Positions 28,566-38,665 of a stretch of 64,000 bases of DNA are shown piece by piece (position 1 is the stretch's first letter; each line of letters begins with the position of its first letter). The stretch is from NCBI GenBank assembly GCA_965224025.1, contig OZ245033.1, positions 32,001 through 96,000 of the forward strand, given 5' to 3'. Below the pieces are notes generated by a model. It was not told where the DNA came from and did no database searches. It saw only the letters and a list, made by a program, of their open reading frames with translations. The DNA comes from Candidatus Multivorans sp. (lineage in GTDB: Bacteria; Acidobacteriota; Thermoanaerobaculia; Multivoradales; Multivoraceae). Made by a program: the position numbers and the translations under genes.

Positions 28566-29363
28566 GTGGTTGATTCCGCATTGGACCGTCGCCGCTTCTC
28601 GCAGTCCATGTTCCTGCTGCGGGAGCTGGTGGCGCGGAACCTGCGGTCGCGTTACGCGGGCTCGCTGCTGGGTCTCGCGTGGTCGCTGCTCAACCCGCTG
28701 TGGCAACTCCTGCTGTTCACGTTCGTCTTTTCTCTCCTGCTCCGCGTTCCGCTCGAAGGCGAGCAGACGCAGAACTTCGGCGTCTTCCTGTTCTGCGGCC
28801 TGCTGCCCTGGATCGCGGTCCACGAGGGACTGAGCCGCTCGGCATCGGCAGTCACGGACAACGCCGACCTGGTCAAGAAGATGCTCCTGCCGGTCGAACT
28901 CCTGGTGGCGTCCCTGGTGATCGGCGCGCTGCTCCACGCCGGCGTCGGCGCGCTGGCGTTCATCGTCGTCCTGGCCGTGATGGGCGAACTCTCCGTCGCC
29001 AGCCTTCCTCTTCTGATGGTCGCGGCGCCCCTGCAGGCGGCGCTGACGTTCGGCCTGGGAGTGGGTTTGGCGGGGGCCAACGTCTATTTCCGGGATGTTG
29101 CACAGGCCGCGGGCCTGATCCTGAACACCTGGTTCTACGTGACGCCGATCATCTACCCGGTGAACTTCATCCAGAAGGAGACCCTCCGGCAGGTGCTGGA
29201 ACTCAACCCACTGACGGGCCTGGTCTACCTCTACCGAGCCGCGTTCCTGGGCGGAGGGATTCAGGTCAGCCTGGTCCCGCTGCTCGCCTGCGCCGCCGCC
29301 TCCGTGGTCCTGGGCGGGGCGCTGTTTGCCCGGTTGAAGGACGGTCTCGCGGACGAAATATGA
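28566..29363 (+). CDS. ABC-2 type polysaccharide export permease (Wzm-like)
   Basis: RYAGSLLGLAWSLLNPL, YFRDV, WFYVTPIIYP, LNPL. Confidence 0.9.
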   Translation: MVDSALDRRRFSQSMFLLRELVARNLRSRYAGSLLGLAWSLLNPLWQLLLFTFVFSLLLRVPLEGEQTQNFGVFLFCGLLPWIAVHEGLSRSASAVTDNADLVKKMLLPVELLVASLVIGALLHAGVGALAFIVVLAVMGELSVASLPLLMVAAPLQAALTFGLGVGLAGANVYFRDVAQAAGLILNTWFYVTPIIYPVNFIQKETLRQVLELNPLTGLVYLYRAAFLGGGIQVSLVPLLACAAASVVLGGALFARLKDGLADEI

Positions 29364-30409
29364 AGCCGTGCTTCGGCATCACGGCGGTTATCGTCCACTA
29401 CCGCACACCGGACCTCCTCGAGGCCGCGGTGGATGCCCTCAAGGCGAACGCGCGGGCTTCGGGGTTGGCGCTCCAGGTCATTGTCGTGGACAACGGCGCG
29501 GACTCGGCCAAGGGGAATCATCTCGACTTGGCGCGTCTGAAGACGTGGGTCCTCGAGCCGTCCTCGAATCTGGGCTACGCGGGCGGGATCAATCTCGGCG
29601 CCCGCAAGCCGGCAGGCGATGTCGTGCTGCTGATGAACGCGGATGTCGTTGTGGAACCGGGGTGCCTGCGGGCGCTCGTCGATGCGCTCGGCGAGGCCGA
29701 CATCGCCGGGCCGCGGTTGTTCTGGGATCGGGACTGCCGGCTGATGCTGCCGCCGCAGCAGGTCCGCACGCGCGCCGCCGAGCTGGACGCGCTCTGTGCC
29801 GAGCGGTCGGTGGTCTGGGGGCGTTCCTACCGCCGCCGGTGGCGGCGCCGCGCCCGTGCTCTCTGGTCGGCTCGGGAACCCGTGCCCTGCTTCGAGCTGA
29901 CGGGCGCCTGCCTGGCCATGACAAGGGACTGCTGGCACCGGGTTGGACCGTTCGACGAAGGCTACCGGCTCTACTTCGAGGAGACCGACTGGCTGCTTCG
30001 CGCGCGGGCGCTGGGCGCGCGGGCGGTCCTGGTTCCGGCCGCGCGCGCGGTTCACGCCTACGACCAGAGCGGGAAGCTTGAACCTCGCGCGCAGATGTGG
30101 TTCGAGCAGTCGATGGCGCGCTTCCGCCGGCGCCGTTACGGCGCCTGGTTCGCGGCGCTGCTCCGGTTCCTCGAACGCGTGCCTCGGCGCTTCGCCGATC
30201 CGCCGCCGCTTCCCGCCGGGCCGGTGGACGGCGAGGCGTGGGTCGAGGTCACGCCGCTGCCGCTGGGCGTTCCCGCCGCCGGTTGCCGCCTCGACGGTGG
30301 CGGTGTGCGGGATTTCGAGTTGCCGCCGGATGTCGCGCAGGGCGCCGGGTCCGACCTGCGGATTCGCGTCAGCGACGGCGCCCGCCGGGATCTCGGCGGG
30401 CCGAAGTAG
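29360..30409 (+). CDS. Glycosyltransferase family 2
   Basis: VVDNG, NLGYAGGIN, LMNAD, FDEGYRLYFEETD; ATGA coupling. Confidence 0.9.
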   Translation: MKPCFGITAVIVHYRTPDLLEAAVDALKANARASGLALQVIVVDNGADSAKGNHLDLARLKTWVLEPSSNLGYAGGINLGARKPAGDVVLLMNADVVVEPGCLRALVDALGEADIAGPRLFWDRDCRLMLPPQQVRTRAAELDALCAERSVVWGRSYRRRWRRRARALWSAREPVPCFELTGACLAMTRDCWHRVGPFDEGYRLYFEETDWLLRARALGARAVLVPAARAVHAYDQSGKLEPRAQMWFEQSMARFRRRRYGAWFAALLRFLERVPRRFADPPPLPAGPVDGEAWVEVTPLPLGVPAAGCRLDGGGVRDFELPPDVAQGAGSDLRIRVSDGARRDLGGPK

Positions 30410-30419
30410 CATCGGCGGC

Positions 30420-31799
30420 GTGAACGCGGAGCGCGGCGCAGAGACAGCCGCCGCGGCGGTCGCGGCCTGGCATCGTTGCCTCGAACGCCGCCGCGCGGGG
30501 GTGGCGCCGGAGGGCGGTCTCGACCAGGCGGTAACGGCGGTGCTGCGCCGGGGCGGTGTGGAGGCCGTGCAACCGGACGGCTTTCGCCTAGTGCTCGGCT
30601 CGGAGTCGGTCGGCGCCGCGGAGGAACTGCCGGACGAGGTGGTGATCGGGTGGGCGTACGATGCCGCCACTTGCGAGTCCGAGCCGAGCGGCTACGATCG
30701 GCTGATCGTGGATCTGTTCGGGGCGGGGTTCCGGCCGGTCGCCGAGCGGGCCGGTCTGCCGGAGTCGGTAGCGGGGTACGAGGCGGCGCCGCCGTTCCGC
30801 GTGGTGCGCGCGCGCCGCGACGGCTACCGCATCCGCAGCTACCGGCCGGGTGACGAGCAGGCGATTCTCGACCTGTTCCGGCACAGTTTCCGGAGCGACC
30901 TTTGCCTGGAGCGCTGGACCTGGAAGTACCTCGACAACCCGCGGGGCGGTCCCCGGATCTCGCTCGCGTTCTCGCCCGGCGGCGAACTTGTCTGCCAGTA
31001 CTGCGCGTACCCGGTGCGCTGGCACGGCCTGCCGCCGACGAGCCCGGCCGACAGCCACCAGGTCGGCGACACGATGACGCGCCGGAGCGCCCGCGCCGTC
31101 GGCCGCGGGCCGACCAGTCTGCTCGCGCGGTCGGCGAGGCACTTCTGTCTCGTGAACTGCAAGGGCCGGATCGCGTTCAACTACGGCTTCAACACCGGCA
31201 ACATCCAGAAGTTCTCCAGCCGTTTCCTGGATGTGCGGCAGGTGGAGGACGTGCCGTACCGGGAACTGCCGCCCGCGGCGCGGCTCGGCCGCAACGCCCG
31301 GCTCGGGCGCCGCTACGAGCTGCGGCGGATCACGGACCGTTCAGAGGTCGACGCCGGGTTCGATGCCCTGTTCGCGCGCGTGAGCGACCGCTACGGATTG
31401 CTCGTCGAGCGCTCCGCCGAGTACCTGCGCTGGCGCTATGTCGACTGCCCGCCCGAAGGCCCCGAGTTGATCGCCGCCTACCGGCGGGGACGTCTGGCGG
31501 CGTGGGCGGCGGCGGCGCATCTTCCCGATCGGGTGGAATGGGGCGATGCCCTGGTCGATCCGGCCGAGCGGCCGGCCCTGCGCGCGCTGCTCGTCGAGAT
31601 GCGGGCGCCCGGCCTCCCGATCGTCGGTTGGTTCAGCGACCGGCCCCGCTGGTTGTCAAGGGAACTGAACGCTCTCGGCCTGGTCCGTCGCCCCGAGCCG
31701 CAGGGGCTGGTGACGGGGCTGTCGCCCTTCGTCCGCGGCGATGCCGTGTCGCTGCTGCGCCGGGGTTACTACACGAAGGGTGACAGCGATCTGTTCTAG
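30420..31799 (+). CDS. GNAT family N-acetyltransferase domain protein
   Basis: IRSYRPGDE, WTWKY, QVGDTMT, YGFN, RSAEYLRWRY, TKGDSDLF. Confidence 0.78.
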   Translation: MNAERGAETAAAAVAAWHRCLERRRAGVAPEGGLDQAVTAVLRRGGVEAVQPDGFRLVLGSESVGAAEELPDEVVIGWAYDAATCESEPSGYDRLIVDLFGAGFRPVAERAGLPESVAGYEAAPPFRVVRARRDGYRIRSYRPGDEQAILDLFRHSFRSDLCLERWTWKYLDNPRGGPRISLAFSPGGELVCQYCAYPVRWHGLPPTSPADSHQVGDTMTRRSARAVGRGPTSLLARSARHFCLVNCKGRIAFNYGFNTGNIQKFSSRFLDVRQVEDVPYRELPPAARLGRNARLGRRYELRRITDRSEVDAGFDALFARVSDRYGLLVERSAEYLRWRYVDCPPEGPELIAAYRRGRLAAWAAAAHLPDRVEWGDALVDPAERPALRALLVEMRAPGLPIVGWFSDRPRWLSRELNALGLVRRPEPQGLVTGLSPFVRGDAVSLLRRGYYTKGDSDLF

Positions 31800-32016
31800 G
31801 AGTCGAGTCGCGGCCTCCGCGCCGAAGCGAGTTCTGCGACGCTGACGTGCGCCGGGCGCGAGGGCCCGGGTTCGGCGGTGAAACGCGATCTTCATCGGTA
31901 CGTTAGAATCGATCCGCTTCGACAGTTACGGCAGACAGTTTCGGAAACCGTCGCTCGCGGGCCGCTAGAACGAAGGGGTCGGTGCGGCCTTCGGCGGGCA
32001 GCTTGGGGAGTAGGTT

Positions 32017-32544
32017 GTGGCCGTCAGGATGAACGATACGCTGCTCGAACTGATCGAGGGCGACATCACTGAACTGCAAGTCGACGCGATCGTCAATCCG
32101 GCAAACCAGGATTTGCAGCTTGGCGGCGGTGTCGCCGGCGCCGTCCGCGAGAAAGGCGGCGCCTCGATCCAGGACGAGTGCAACCGCATCGGCGGCACGG
32201 CGGTCGGCACCGCGGTGATGACCGGCGCCGGCACGCTGAAGGCGAAGCAGGTGATCCACGCCGTCGGTCCCCGCATGGGCGAGGGCGACGAGGACCGCAA
32301 GCTGGCCGCCGCGGTGCGGGCGTCGCTGGCCCTCGCCGATCGCAACGGCCAGCGCACCATCGCCATCCCGGCGATCTCCACCGGCGTGTTCGGCTACCCG
32401 GTCGACCGCTGCGCCCGCATCCTGCTGACGGAGGTTCACCGCTACCTTCAGGGCGGCACGAAGCTGGAGCGCGTCGTCGTCTGTCTGCACGGCGACCAGA
32501 ACTACCGGACGTTCCGCAACGAACTCCGCCGCGGCTTCCGCTAA
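32017..32544 (+). CDS. Macro domain protein (YmdB-like ADP-ribose deacylase)
   Basis: GDIT, AIVNPAN, GGGVAGA, VIHAVGP, PAISTGVFGYP. Confidence 0.93.
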   Translation: MAVRMNDTLLELIEGDITELQVDAIVNPANQDLQLGGGVAGAVREKGGASIQDECNRIGGTAVGTAVMTGAGTLKAKQVIHAVGPRMGEGDEDRKLAAAVRASLALADRNGQRTIAIPAISTGVFGYPVDRCARILLTEVHRYLQGGTKLERVVVCLHGDQNYRTFRNELRRGFR

Positions 32545-32608
32545 GCCGCGCGCCGTGGCGGCGCACGCGGGCTGATAGCCTGCATCGCTTCGCTGGCGGC
32601 GACCCCGA

Positions 32609-33025
32609 ATGAGCCCGAACGTACAGCCGCTCCACATGGCCTTCACCGCCACGCCGGAGATCTTCGCGACCGACAGCAAGGGGGCCTTCGTCTATCCGTT
32701 GACGCACGAGCTGGGTGAGCGCGTGGACACGCTCCGCTACGACGAGATGCGGTTCGTCGTCTCGGTCTGGCACCCGCGGGAAGGCAAGAACATCGACCTC
32801 GACAAGGCGTACCTCGAACTGCGGGCGAACCTCGTCGAGGACGGTCACTGGACGCGGCTGGCCGAGCTCGAACCGGTCGTGTCGCCTTACCAGCGGGGCG
32901 AGACGTTCGACGGCTGGATCGTCCTGCCCGTGCTGTCCGGGGACACGGCGTTTCGGCTTCACGGCGGCGGCTTCCAGCCCCGGACGCGGGTGCAGATCCG
33001 CGCTTCGGCCTACTTCGTAGCCTGA
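32609..33025 (+). CDS. Hypothetical protein
   Basis: Globular-looking 138 aa ORF filling the gap between same-strand genes. Confidence 0.65.
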   Translation: MSPNVQPLHMAFTATPEIFATDSKGAFVYPLTHELGERVDTLRYDEMRFVVSVWHPREGKNIDLDKAYLELRANLVEDGHWTRLAELEPVVSPYQRGETFDGWIVLPVLSGDTAFRLHGGGFQPRTRVQIRASAYFVA

Positions 33026-33036
33026 ACGGACCTGCC

Positions 33037-34299
33037 GTGAGGCGTCAAGAACTCTTGGCACGCCTGGCGCGGCGGAACGAGCGCCGGATCGTCCTGCTGG
33101 TGCTCGACGGCATAGGCGACCTGCGAACCGCCGTCCAGCCGCGGACGGCCCTGGACGAGGCCCGCACCCCGAACCTCGACCGGCTGGCGGCGCGGTCGGC
33201 GCTGGGCCGCCTGGCGCCGTGCGGCACCGGCATCACGCCGGGCAGCGGGCCCGGCCACCTGGCCCTGTTCGGGTACGAGCCGACCGCGCGGGATGCGGAC
33301 ATCGGCCGCGGCGTGCTGGAGGCGCTCGGCCTCGGTCTGGATTTGCCGCCCGAAGTGGTTGCGGCGCGTGGCAACTTCGCCACTGTCGACGAGGGCGGAC
33401 TGCTCCTGGACCGGCGCGCCGGGCGCATCCCGACCGCGGAGGGCGAGCGGATCTGTGCGCTCCTCGCCCGCCGGATCGAGGCCGCCGGCGGGGTGCTCGG
33501 CGACGGCGTCCGGGTCGAGGTCCACCCGGGCGAGGCGTATCGCTTCGTGCTCCTGTTCCGGGCGGCCTCTGGTACGCCGCCGCTCGATCCCGGGCTGTTG
33601 GACACGGACCCGCAGCAGCTCGGCATGCCGCCGCTGCCGCTCGAGGCGGCCGCGGGCTCGGGCGGCGCCGGGGAGGCGGCTCGGGAAACGGCCCGCCGCA
33701 TGGCGCCTGCCGTCGAGACGCTTCAGCGGGAGCTGCGGGCTGATGAGCGCGCGAACACGTTCCTGCTCCGGGGCTTCTCCAAGCTGCCGGCGTTGCCCGG
33801 CGTGGGCGAGCTCTACCGTCTGCGCCCGGCCGCCCTGGCGGGCTATTCCCTCTACCGCGGCGTGGCGAAGGTCTGCGGCATGGAGGTCATCGATTGCGGC
33901 AAGCCCTTCGAGCAGGTGCTGGACCGCCTCGAGGAGCGCTGGCGTGACTTCGACTTCTTCTTCCTCCACGTCAAGGGCACGGACATGGCCGGCGAGGACG
34001 GCAACCTCGCCGAGAAGGCGGAGGTCATCGAGACCGTGGACGCCCTGCTGCCGCGCCTGCTCGACCTGGGCCCGGACGTGCTGGCCATCACCGGCGACCA
34101 CTCGACTCCGGCGCCGATGAAGGCCCACAGTTGGCACCCCGTGCCGCTTCTTGTGTGGTCGGAGCGGTGCTTCGTCGACGACTGCCAGCGGTTCAGCGAG
34201 GTCGAAGCGATCCGCGGCGCCGTGGGCACGATCCCGGCGAGCGAGTTGATGGGGCTGTTGCTGGCGAACGCGGGGAAGCTGGCGAAGTTCGGGGCCTGA
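33037..34299 (+). CDS. apgM: 2,3-bisphosphoglycerate-independent phosphoglycerate mutase (ApgM type)
   Basis: LDGIGD, PGSGPGHLALFGY, GRGVLEALG, DRRAGRI, TGDHSTP, HSWHPVP. Confidence 0.9.
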   Translation: MRRQELLARLARRNERRIVLLVLDGIGDLRTAVQPRTALDEARTPNLDRLAARSALGRLAPCGTGITPGSGPGHLALFGYEPTARDADIGRGVLEALGLGLDLPPEVVAARGNFATVDEGGLLLDRRAGRIPTAEGERICALLARRIEAAGGVLGDGVRVEVHPGEAYRFVLLFRAASGTPPLDPGLLDTDPQQLGMPPLPLEAAAGSGGAGEAARETARRMAPAVETLQRELRADERANTFLLRGFSKLPALPGVGELYRLRPAALAGYSLYRGVAKVCGMEVIDCGKPFEQVLDRLEERWRDFDFFFLHVKGTDMAGEDGNLAEKAEVIETVDALLPRLLDLGPDVLAITGDHSTPAPMKAHSWHPVPLLVWSERCFVDDCQRFSEVEAIRGAVGTIPASELMGLLLANAGKLAKFGA

Positions 34300-34310
34300 C
34301 ACCGCTCGCA

Positions 34311-34333
34311 GGGTGCGCCGGCCTCCGGCCGGC
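34311..34333 (+). repeat. REP at the left edge of the foreign segment
   Basis: GGGTGCGCCGGCC-TCC-GGCCGGC. Confidence 0.8.
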
Positions 34334-34476
34334 TACCCGGTATCGATGAGGGCGTCTCCCCGGACCGCGGCGGAGTGGACTCCAAGAACTCCCTGCTCTC
34401 GTTGCAGATCCCGGGGAAGTCGAAGCTCTACCTGGACGATGGCGCCGAAGTGCTCACTAAGTTGGATTCTCGGCAT
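34333..34476 (-). pseudogene. Truncated retropepsin-like aspartyl protease
   Basis: Manual translation MPRIQLSEHFGAIVQVELRLPRDLQREQGVLGVHSAAVRGDALIDTG*; stops right after DTG at the REP. Confidence 0.65.
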
Positions 34477-34746
34477 CGGAGGGCGAGAGGGTTCTCGTCA
34501 CGATAGGCATCTCCACGGTAGGCAACGCTGGTTCGCCGGCCTTCTTCACCAGGTAGCCGCGACCTTCGGTTCCGGTTCGCCACACCTGCCGGTAGCCGTC
34601 GTAGTCGGCCTCCAACTCGTCCTCGTAGACGCCGATCAACTCGGCACCGTGAATCAGGAGGAACAGGCCGGCGTACTGTCGGCGGTATTCCTCCAAGTGC
34701 TTCTCGTAGAAAGCGATCTCTTCCGCTAGCGCGGGAGCTCCGCCAT
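34457..34746 (-). pseudogene. DUF5678-like small protein, possibly frameshifted at the 5' end
   Basis: LAEEIAFYEKHLEEYRRQYAGLFLLIHGAELIGVY; the nearest ATG (34746) is one base out of frame. Confidence 0.55.
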
Positions 34747-37700
34747 GTGGACTTCCCGGGATACGGCGAAGGGCAGCGCCTAGGTTGGGACGGTCGTGTG
34801 GAGGCCAGAGCGGCGACGCCTTGGGTCCCGGAGGGCCGGTCGGGCTGGGAGCTGAGTACATCAAAGGACCCGGCGAGAAAGGCCACCTCCGACTTCAGGA
34901 ATCGGCTGGCTCTGCCGGCCGAGGAGAGAGCCCAGACCACGTTCGTTTACGTCTCGTCGCGCAACTGGGCGAAGAAGAACCAGTGGGCAGAGAAACGAAG
35001 GTCGGAGGACCACTGGAAGGACGTTAAGGTTCTGGACGCGAGCGATCTGGAGCAGTGGCTGGAGGAGTCCATCGAGGGCCAGGTCTGGCTTGCCGAGCAG
35101 CTCGATCTACCGTCGATCGAAGACTGCATGACTCTCGACCGGGCTTGGGAGCGATGGGCTGAAGTCACGCAGCCTCGGCTCTCAGAAGCCATCTTCGAGC
35201 CAGCCGTTCGCGCACATCGCAGAGAGTTCGTCTCCTGGCTCAGGAGGCCGGACCCGGAAGGGCCGTTCGCGGTCGCGGCGGACTCCACGGACGAGGCAAT
35301 CGCCTTCCTCGCTTGCTTGTTCAGGGACGAGGGCGTTCTAGCAGAGTCCGGCGATCGTGCTGTCGTCGTCAGCGCGGCGCAGACACTGAGGACCTTGGTA
35401 GGTGCCACCTCGTCGTTCATCCCGATCGTCAGCGACGCCCAGGCAGAGCCTGAACTGGCTCACTGGCGGCGTCACGCAATCGTCGTCCGACCACGTAATG
35501 CGGTAGGCCCGAAGCCGAACATCGACCTCGGACTGCTGGGGCACGAGGCGTTCGGGAAATCGCTCATGGCCATGGGGTTTAGTCGAGCGCGGGTCGACCG
35601 GTTGGCCCGGGAGTCGGGCCGCTCTCCGACGATTCTGAGACGCCGTCTCTCGGAGAACGCCGCGCTCAGGAAGCCGCGATGGGCCGGCGAGTTTGAGACG
35701 GCGCGAAAGATCGTTCCGATGGCCCTCGTCGGGTCATGGCACGTTGATTCGAAGGCTGATCGCGAGGTTTTCTCCACTCTCGCCGACCGGCCGTTTCGCG
35801 AGGTCGAAGTGGACTTGGCGGCTCTGCGGACGTGGAACGACAGTCCGGTTTGGTCCGCTGGCAGGTACCGGGGCGTCGTCTCCAAGATCGATGCGTTGTT
35901 TGCCGTCGCACGGCACATGACGCCGGAAGACCTGGACGACTTCCTCCTTCTTTCCGAGTACGTCCTGTCTGAAGCCGACCCTGCTTTGGAGCTCGCCCCC
36001 GATCGGAGATGGGCGGCTGCCCTCTACGACAAACCGCGCGACCATTCGGACGCACTCAGGACGGGGATCAGCGAAACGCTCGTTCTGCTGTCCGTGCATG
36101 GGAATGACCTGTTCCAGACGCGGCTGGGGATCGACCTTGAAGCCCAGGTCTCGGACCTCGTCAGGCGGCTCTTGGCGCCTGACGGAGTGGAGGCGCCGTT
36201 GACGGTTGAGACGCTGATGTCCTATGACCGCGACCTTCCGAGGCTTGCGGAAGCGGCTCCGAACGCCTTCCTTGAGCTCCTTGAAAGGGACCTCGGGCGG
36301 GACGACTCGGCACTGTTCGAACTCCTGAAGTCGGCTCCTCCGGGTCCCTTCGCGGACTGCCCGCGTACCGGTCTTCTCTGGGCGCTGGAGTGTCTGGCCT
36401 GGAACCCGCGGAATCTCTCGCGCGTGGTTCTAATCCTGGGACAGCTCTCGAAGACGCCGGTAGACGACAACTGGGTCAATCGGCCGATCAACAGCCTGAA
36501 GGCGATCTTCCGGTCCTGGATGCCGCAGACGGCGGCGTCCCTCGACGATCGGTTTCGGGCGCTTGAGTTGTTGTGCGGGCGCACCCCGGAGGTGGGTTGG
36601 CAGATCTGCATGGGGCAGTGCCGCGGCGGCCCGCGGACAGGCGACTACAGCTATCGGCCGAGGTGGCGGGGCGATGCCGCGGACGCGGGCGAGCCGATTC
36701 TCGTCGACGACCGCCTTGAGTTTGAGCGTAAGGCGCTTGAGCTGCTCCTGGAATGGCCAGAGGAGCTGGATGCCCGGAGACTGGGCGACCTGGTCGATCT
36801 GCTCGGCGGCATGGCGGGCGAGAACGTGGAGCGGGTATGGGCGCTCATCGAAGGTTGGCTGGAAGGGAGACCTGAGGAGGCAGAGCGGGGAGCACTGCGG
36901 GAGCGCCTCCGGCGCTTCGGTTACGCGAATGCCCATCCTGCTCGCGCGGTCAAGCCTGCCCTGAGAGAGCGGGCGAAGGACCTGTACGAGCAGCTCGCGC
37001 CGCGGGATCCGGCGAGTCGGCACGCTTGGTTGTTCGCGGAACATTGGATTCGCGAATGGCCCGAGGACCGCGACGAGGCGATGGACTTCTCCAAGCGTGA
37101 GGAACGCATCAGAGCACGGCGCACCCAAGCGATGAAGGAGATCTGGTCCAGCAAGGGTCTGGGCGGTGCCTTGACGCTTCTCTCTTCAAGCAACGCGCCC
37201 GACACGGTCGGCATCTTCGCTTCCAGGTGCGTCCCTGACCGGCGCGCTCAAGCCGATGTTCTCCGGGCCTGTCTTTCGGGCGACTTGCCGCGTTCGTTCG
37301 GGGTGGACGAGACCAAGCTGGACGGGTTCCTTCAAGGCTTCGTGTCGGCAGGTGTTGAAGAGTCTCGGGAGGAGTTGCTTCGCGGCTTGGCGGAGGAACT
37401 GCCTTCAGAGCAGGTTGCTCGTCTGCTGCGCAGCGCACCGTTCAGCTCGGAGACGCGGCGCCTCGTCAGCGAACAGGACGGTGACATCCGGAAGAAGTAC
37501 TGGCGCGAGGTCTGGCCCTATCCTCTCGTCCGCGTACACACCGACGAACTCACGGACTTGGTCGACCGTCTCCTCGCTGCGGGTCGGCCCCGTGCCGCGC
37601 TCCTGGCCCTGCACCTTGATTGGGATGCGGTCGAGACATCGCGGCTCAGACGGCTGCTGAACGGGATCGTCCTCGGCCCGGAGCCGGATCGTAGTATCCA

Positions 37701-38445
37701 GATTGACGGGTACGACGTTTGCCGGGCGATCGAATCCCTGAGCAAGAGAAGCGGAGTCGCCGCCGATGAGATGGCGGACTTCGAATTCGTGTTCTTCGAC
37801 CGGTTGGAGTACGACGACTACGGCGTCCCCAGCCTTGAGCGCCGAGTTGCCGAGGACCCCAGCTACTTCGTCTGGCTTGTGGCTCTTCTGCACAAGCGCA
37901 AAGACGGGCGAGAGGATCCGGATGACTGGCCCGTAGCGAACCCGGACAAGAGAGCGTACCTGGGTCAACTGGCCTTCTCCGTGCTTCAAAGAGTGGCGCG
38001 AATTCCTGGCGCGAAGTCGGGAAACGGCGAGATCGATGTCGAGGCTCTCCAAGGCTGGGTGTCCGAAGTGAGGCGGCAGGGCGGCCAGTGTGGTAGAGCT
38101 AGCGCAGTTGACGAGTGCGTCGGCCAGCTTCTCTCCAAGGGGCCGCCCGACGGCAATGGTTCATGGCCGAGCCGACAGGTGTGCGAGGCGATGGAGGCGC
38201 TAGCGACCAAAGCGTTGGCGGGCGGCTTCCATGTCGGCGTCCTGAACTCCCGCGGCACCGTAACCCGTGCGGAAGGCGGCGGGCAGGAACGAGAACTCGC
38301 AGCCAGGTACCGGGCTTGGGCGGAACCCCTGGCTTTCGAGTTTCCCTTCGTGAGCCAGGTCCTGGAGCGAATCGCCAGGTCTTACGACCGGAACGCGACG
38401 TACTGGGACTCGGAAGCGGCCCGACGGCAGCGGTTGGAACTCTGA
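34747..38445 (+). CDS. Large helical protein with nuclease-like N-terminus, probably 5'-truncated; candidate defence protein
   Basis: 1232 aa ORF, visibly less GC-rich than its neighbours; VDFP..GWDG..WELST..KA..DF; no RBS. Confidence 0.65.
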   Translation: MDFPGYGEGQRLGWDGRVEARAATPWVPEGRSGWELSTSKDPARKATSDFRNRLALPAEERAQTTFVYVSSRNWAKKNQWAEKRRSEDHWKDVKVLDASDLEQWLEESIEGQVWLAEQLDLPSIEDCMTLDRAWERWAEVTQPRLSEAIFEPAVRAHRREFVSWLRRPDPEGPFAVAADSTDEAIAFLACLFRDEGVLAESGDRAVVVSAAQTLRTLVGATSSFIPIVSDAQAEPELAHWRRHAIVVRPRNAVGPKPNIDLGLLGHEAFGKSLMAMGFSRARVDRLARESGRSPTILRRRLSENAALRKPRWAGEFETARKIVPMALVGSWHVDSKADREVFSTLADRPFREVEVDLAALRTWNDSPVWSAGRYRGVVSKIDALFAVARHMTPEDLDDFLLLSEYVLSEADPALELAPDRRWAAALYDKPRDHSDALRTGISETLVLLSVHGNDLFQTRLGIDLEAQVSDLVRRLLAPDGVEAPLTVETLMSYDRDLPRLAEAAPNAFLELLERDLGRDDSALFELLKSAPPGPFADCPRTGLLWALECLAWNPRNLSRVVLILGQLSKTPVDDNWVNRPINSLKAIFRSWMPQTAASLDDRFRALELLCGRTPEVGWQICMGQCRGGPRTGDYSYRPRWRGDAADAGEPILVDDRLEFERKALELLLEWPEELDARRLGDLVDLLGGMAGENVERVWALIEGWLEGRPEEAERGALRERLRRFGYANAHPARAVKPALRERAKDLYEQLAPRDPASRHAWLFAEHWIREWPEDRDEAMDFSKREERIRARRTQAMKEIWSSKGLGGALTLLSSSNAPDTVGIFASRCVPDRRAQADVLRACLSGDLPRSFGVDETKLDGFLQGFVSAGVEESREELLRGLAEELPSEQVARLLRSAPFSSETRRLVSEQDGDIRKKYWREVWPYPLVRVHTDELTDLVDRLLAAGRPRAALLALHLDWDAVETSRLRRLLNGIVLGPEPDRSIQIDGYDVCRAIESLSKRSGVAADEMADFEFVFFDRLEYDDYGVPSLERRVAEDPSYFVWLVALLHKRKDGREDPDDWPVANPDKRAYLGQLAFSVLQRVARIPGAKSGNGEIDVEALQGWVSEVRRQGGQCGRASAVDECVGQLLSKGPPDGNGSWPSRQVCEAMEALATKALAGGFHVGVLNSRGTVTRAEGGGQERELAARYRAWAEPLAFEFPFVSQVLERIARSYDRNATYWDSEAARRQRLEL

Positions 38446-38665
38446 ACTCCGCGGGCGTGACCCTCCGGGACGTTACACGAACCCAGAACGGGAGTCCTTG
38501 GCCACCGGCACATGCCGGCGCCGCCGGGAGGTTGCGCCCGCGGCCACACCCGACCTACTTCTTCTTCGGAGGCGATGGCGGAGGCTTGACAGGCTTGATC
38601 TTCGCCTGTCTCGTCGGCTTCCCCGAGGAGCCTTGCAGCGGTTCGCCGCGGCCTTCGAGGGCGGT

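Noticed and set aside
31800-32016. tRNA or riboswitch in the intergenic region
   Set aside because: No cloverleaf or recognisable aptamer; only a short GACAGTT direct repeat.
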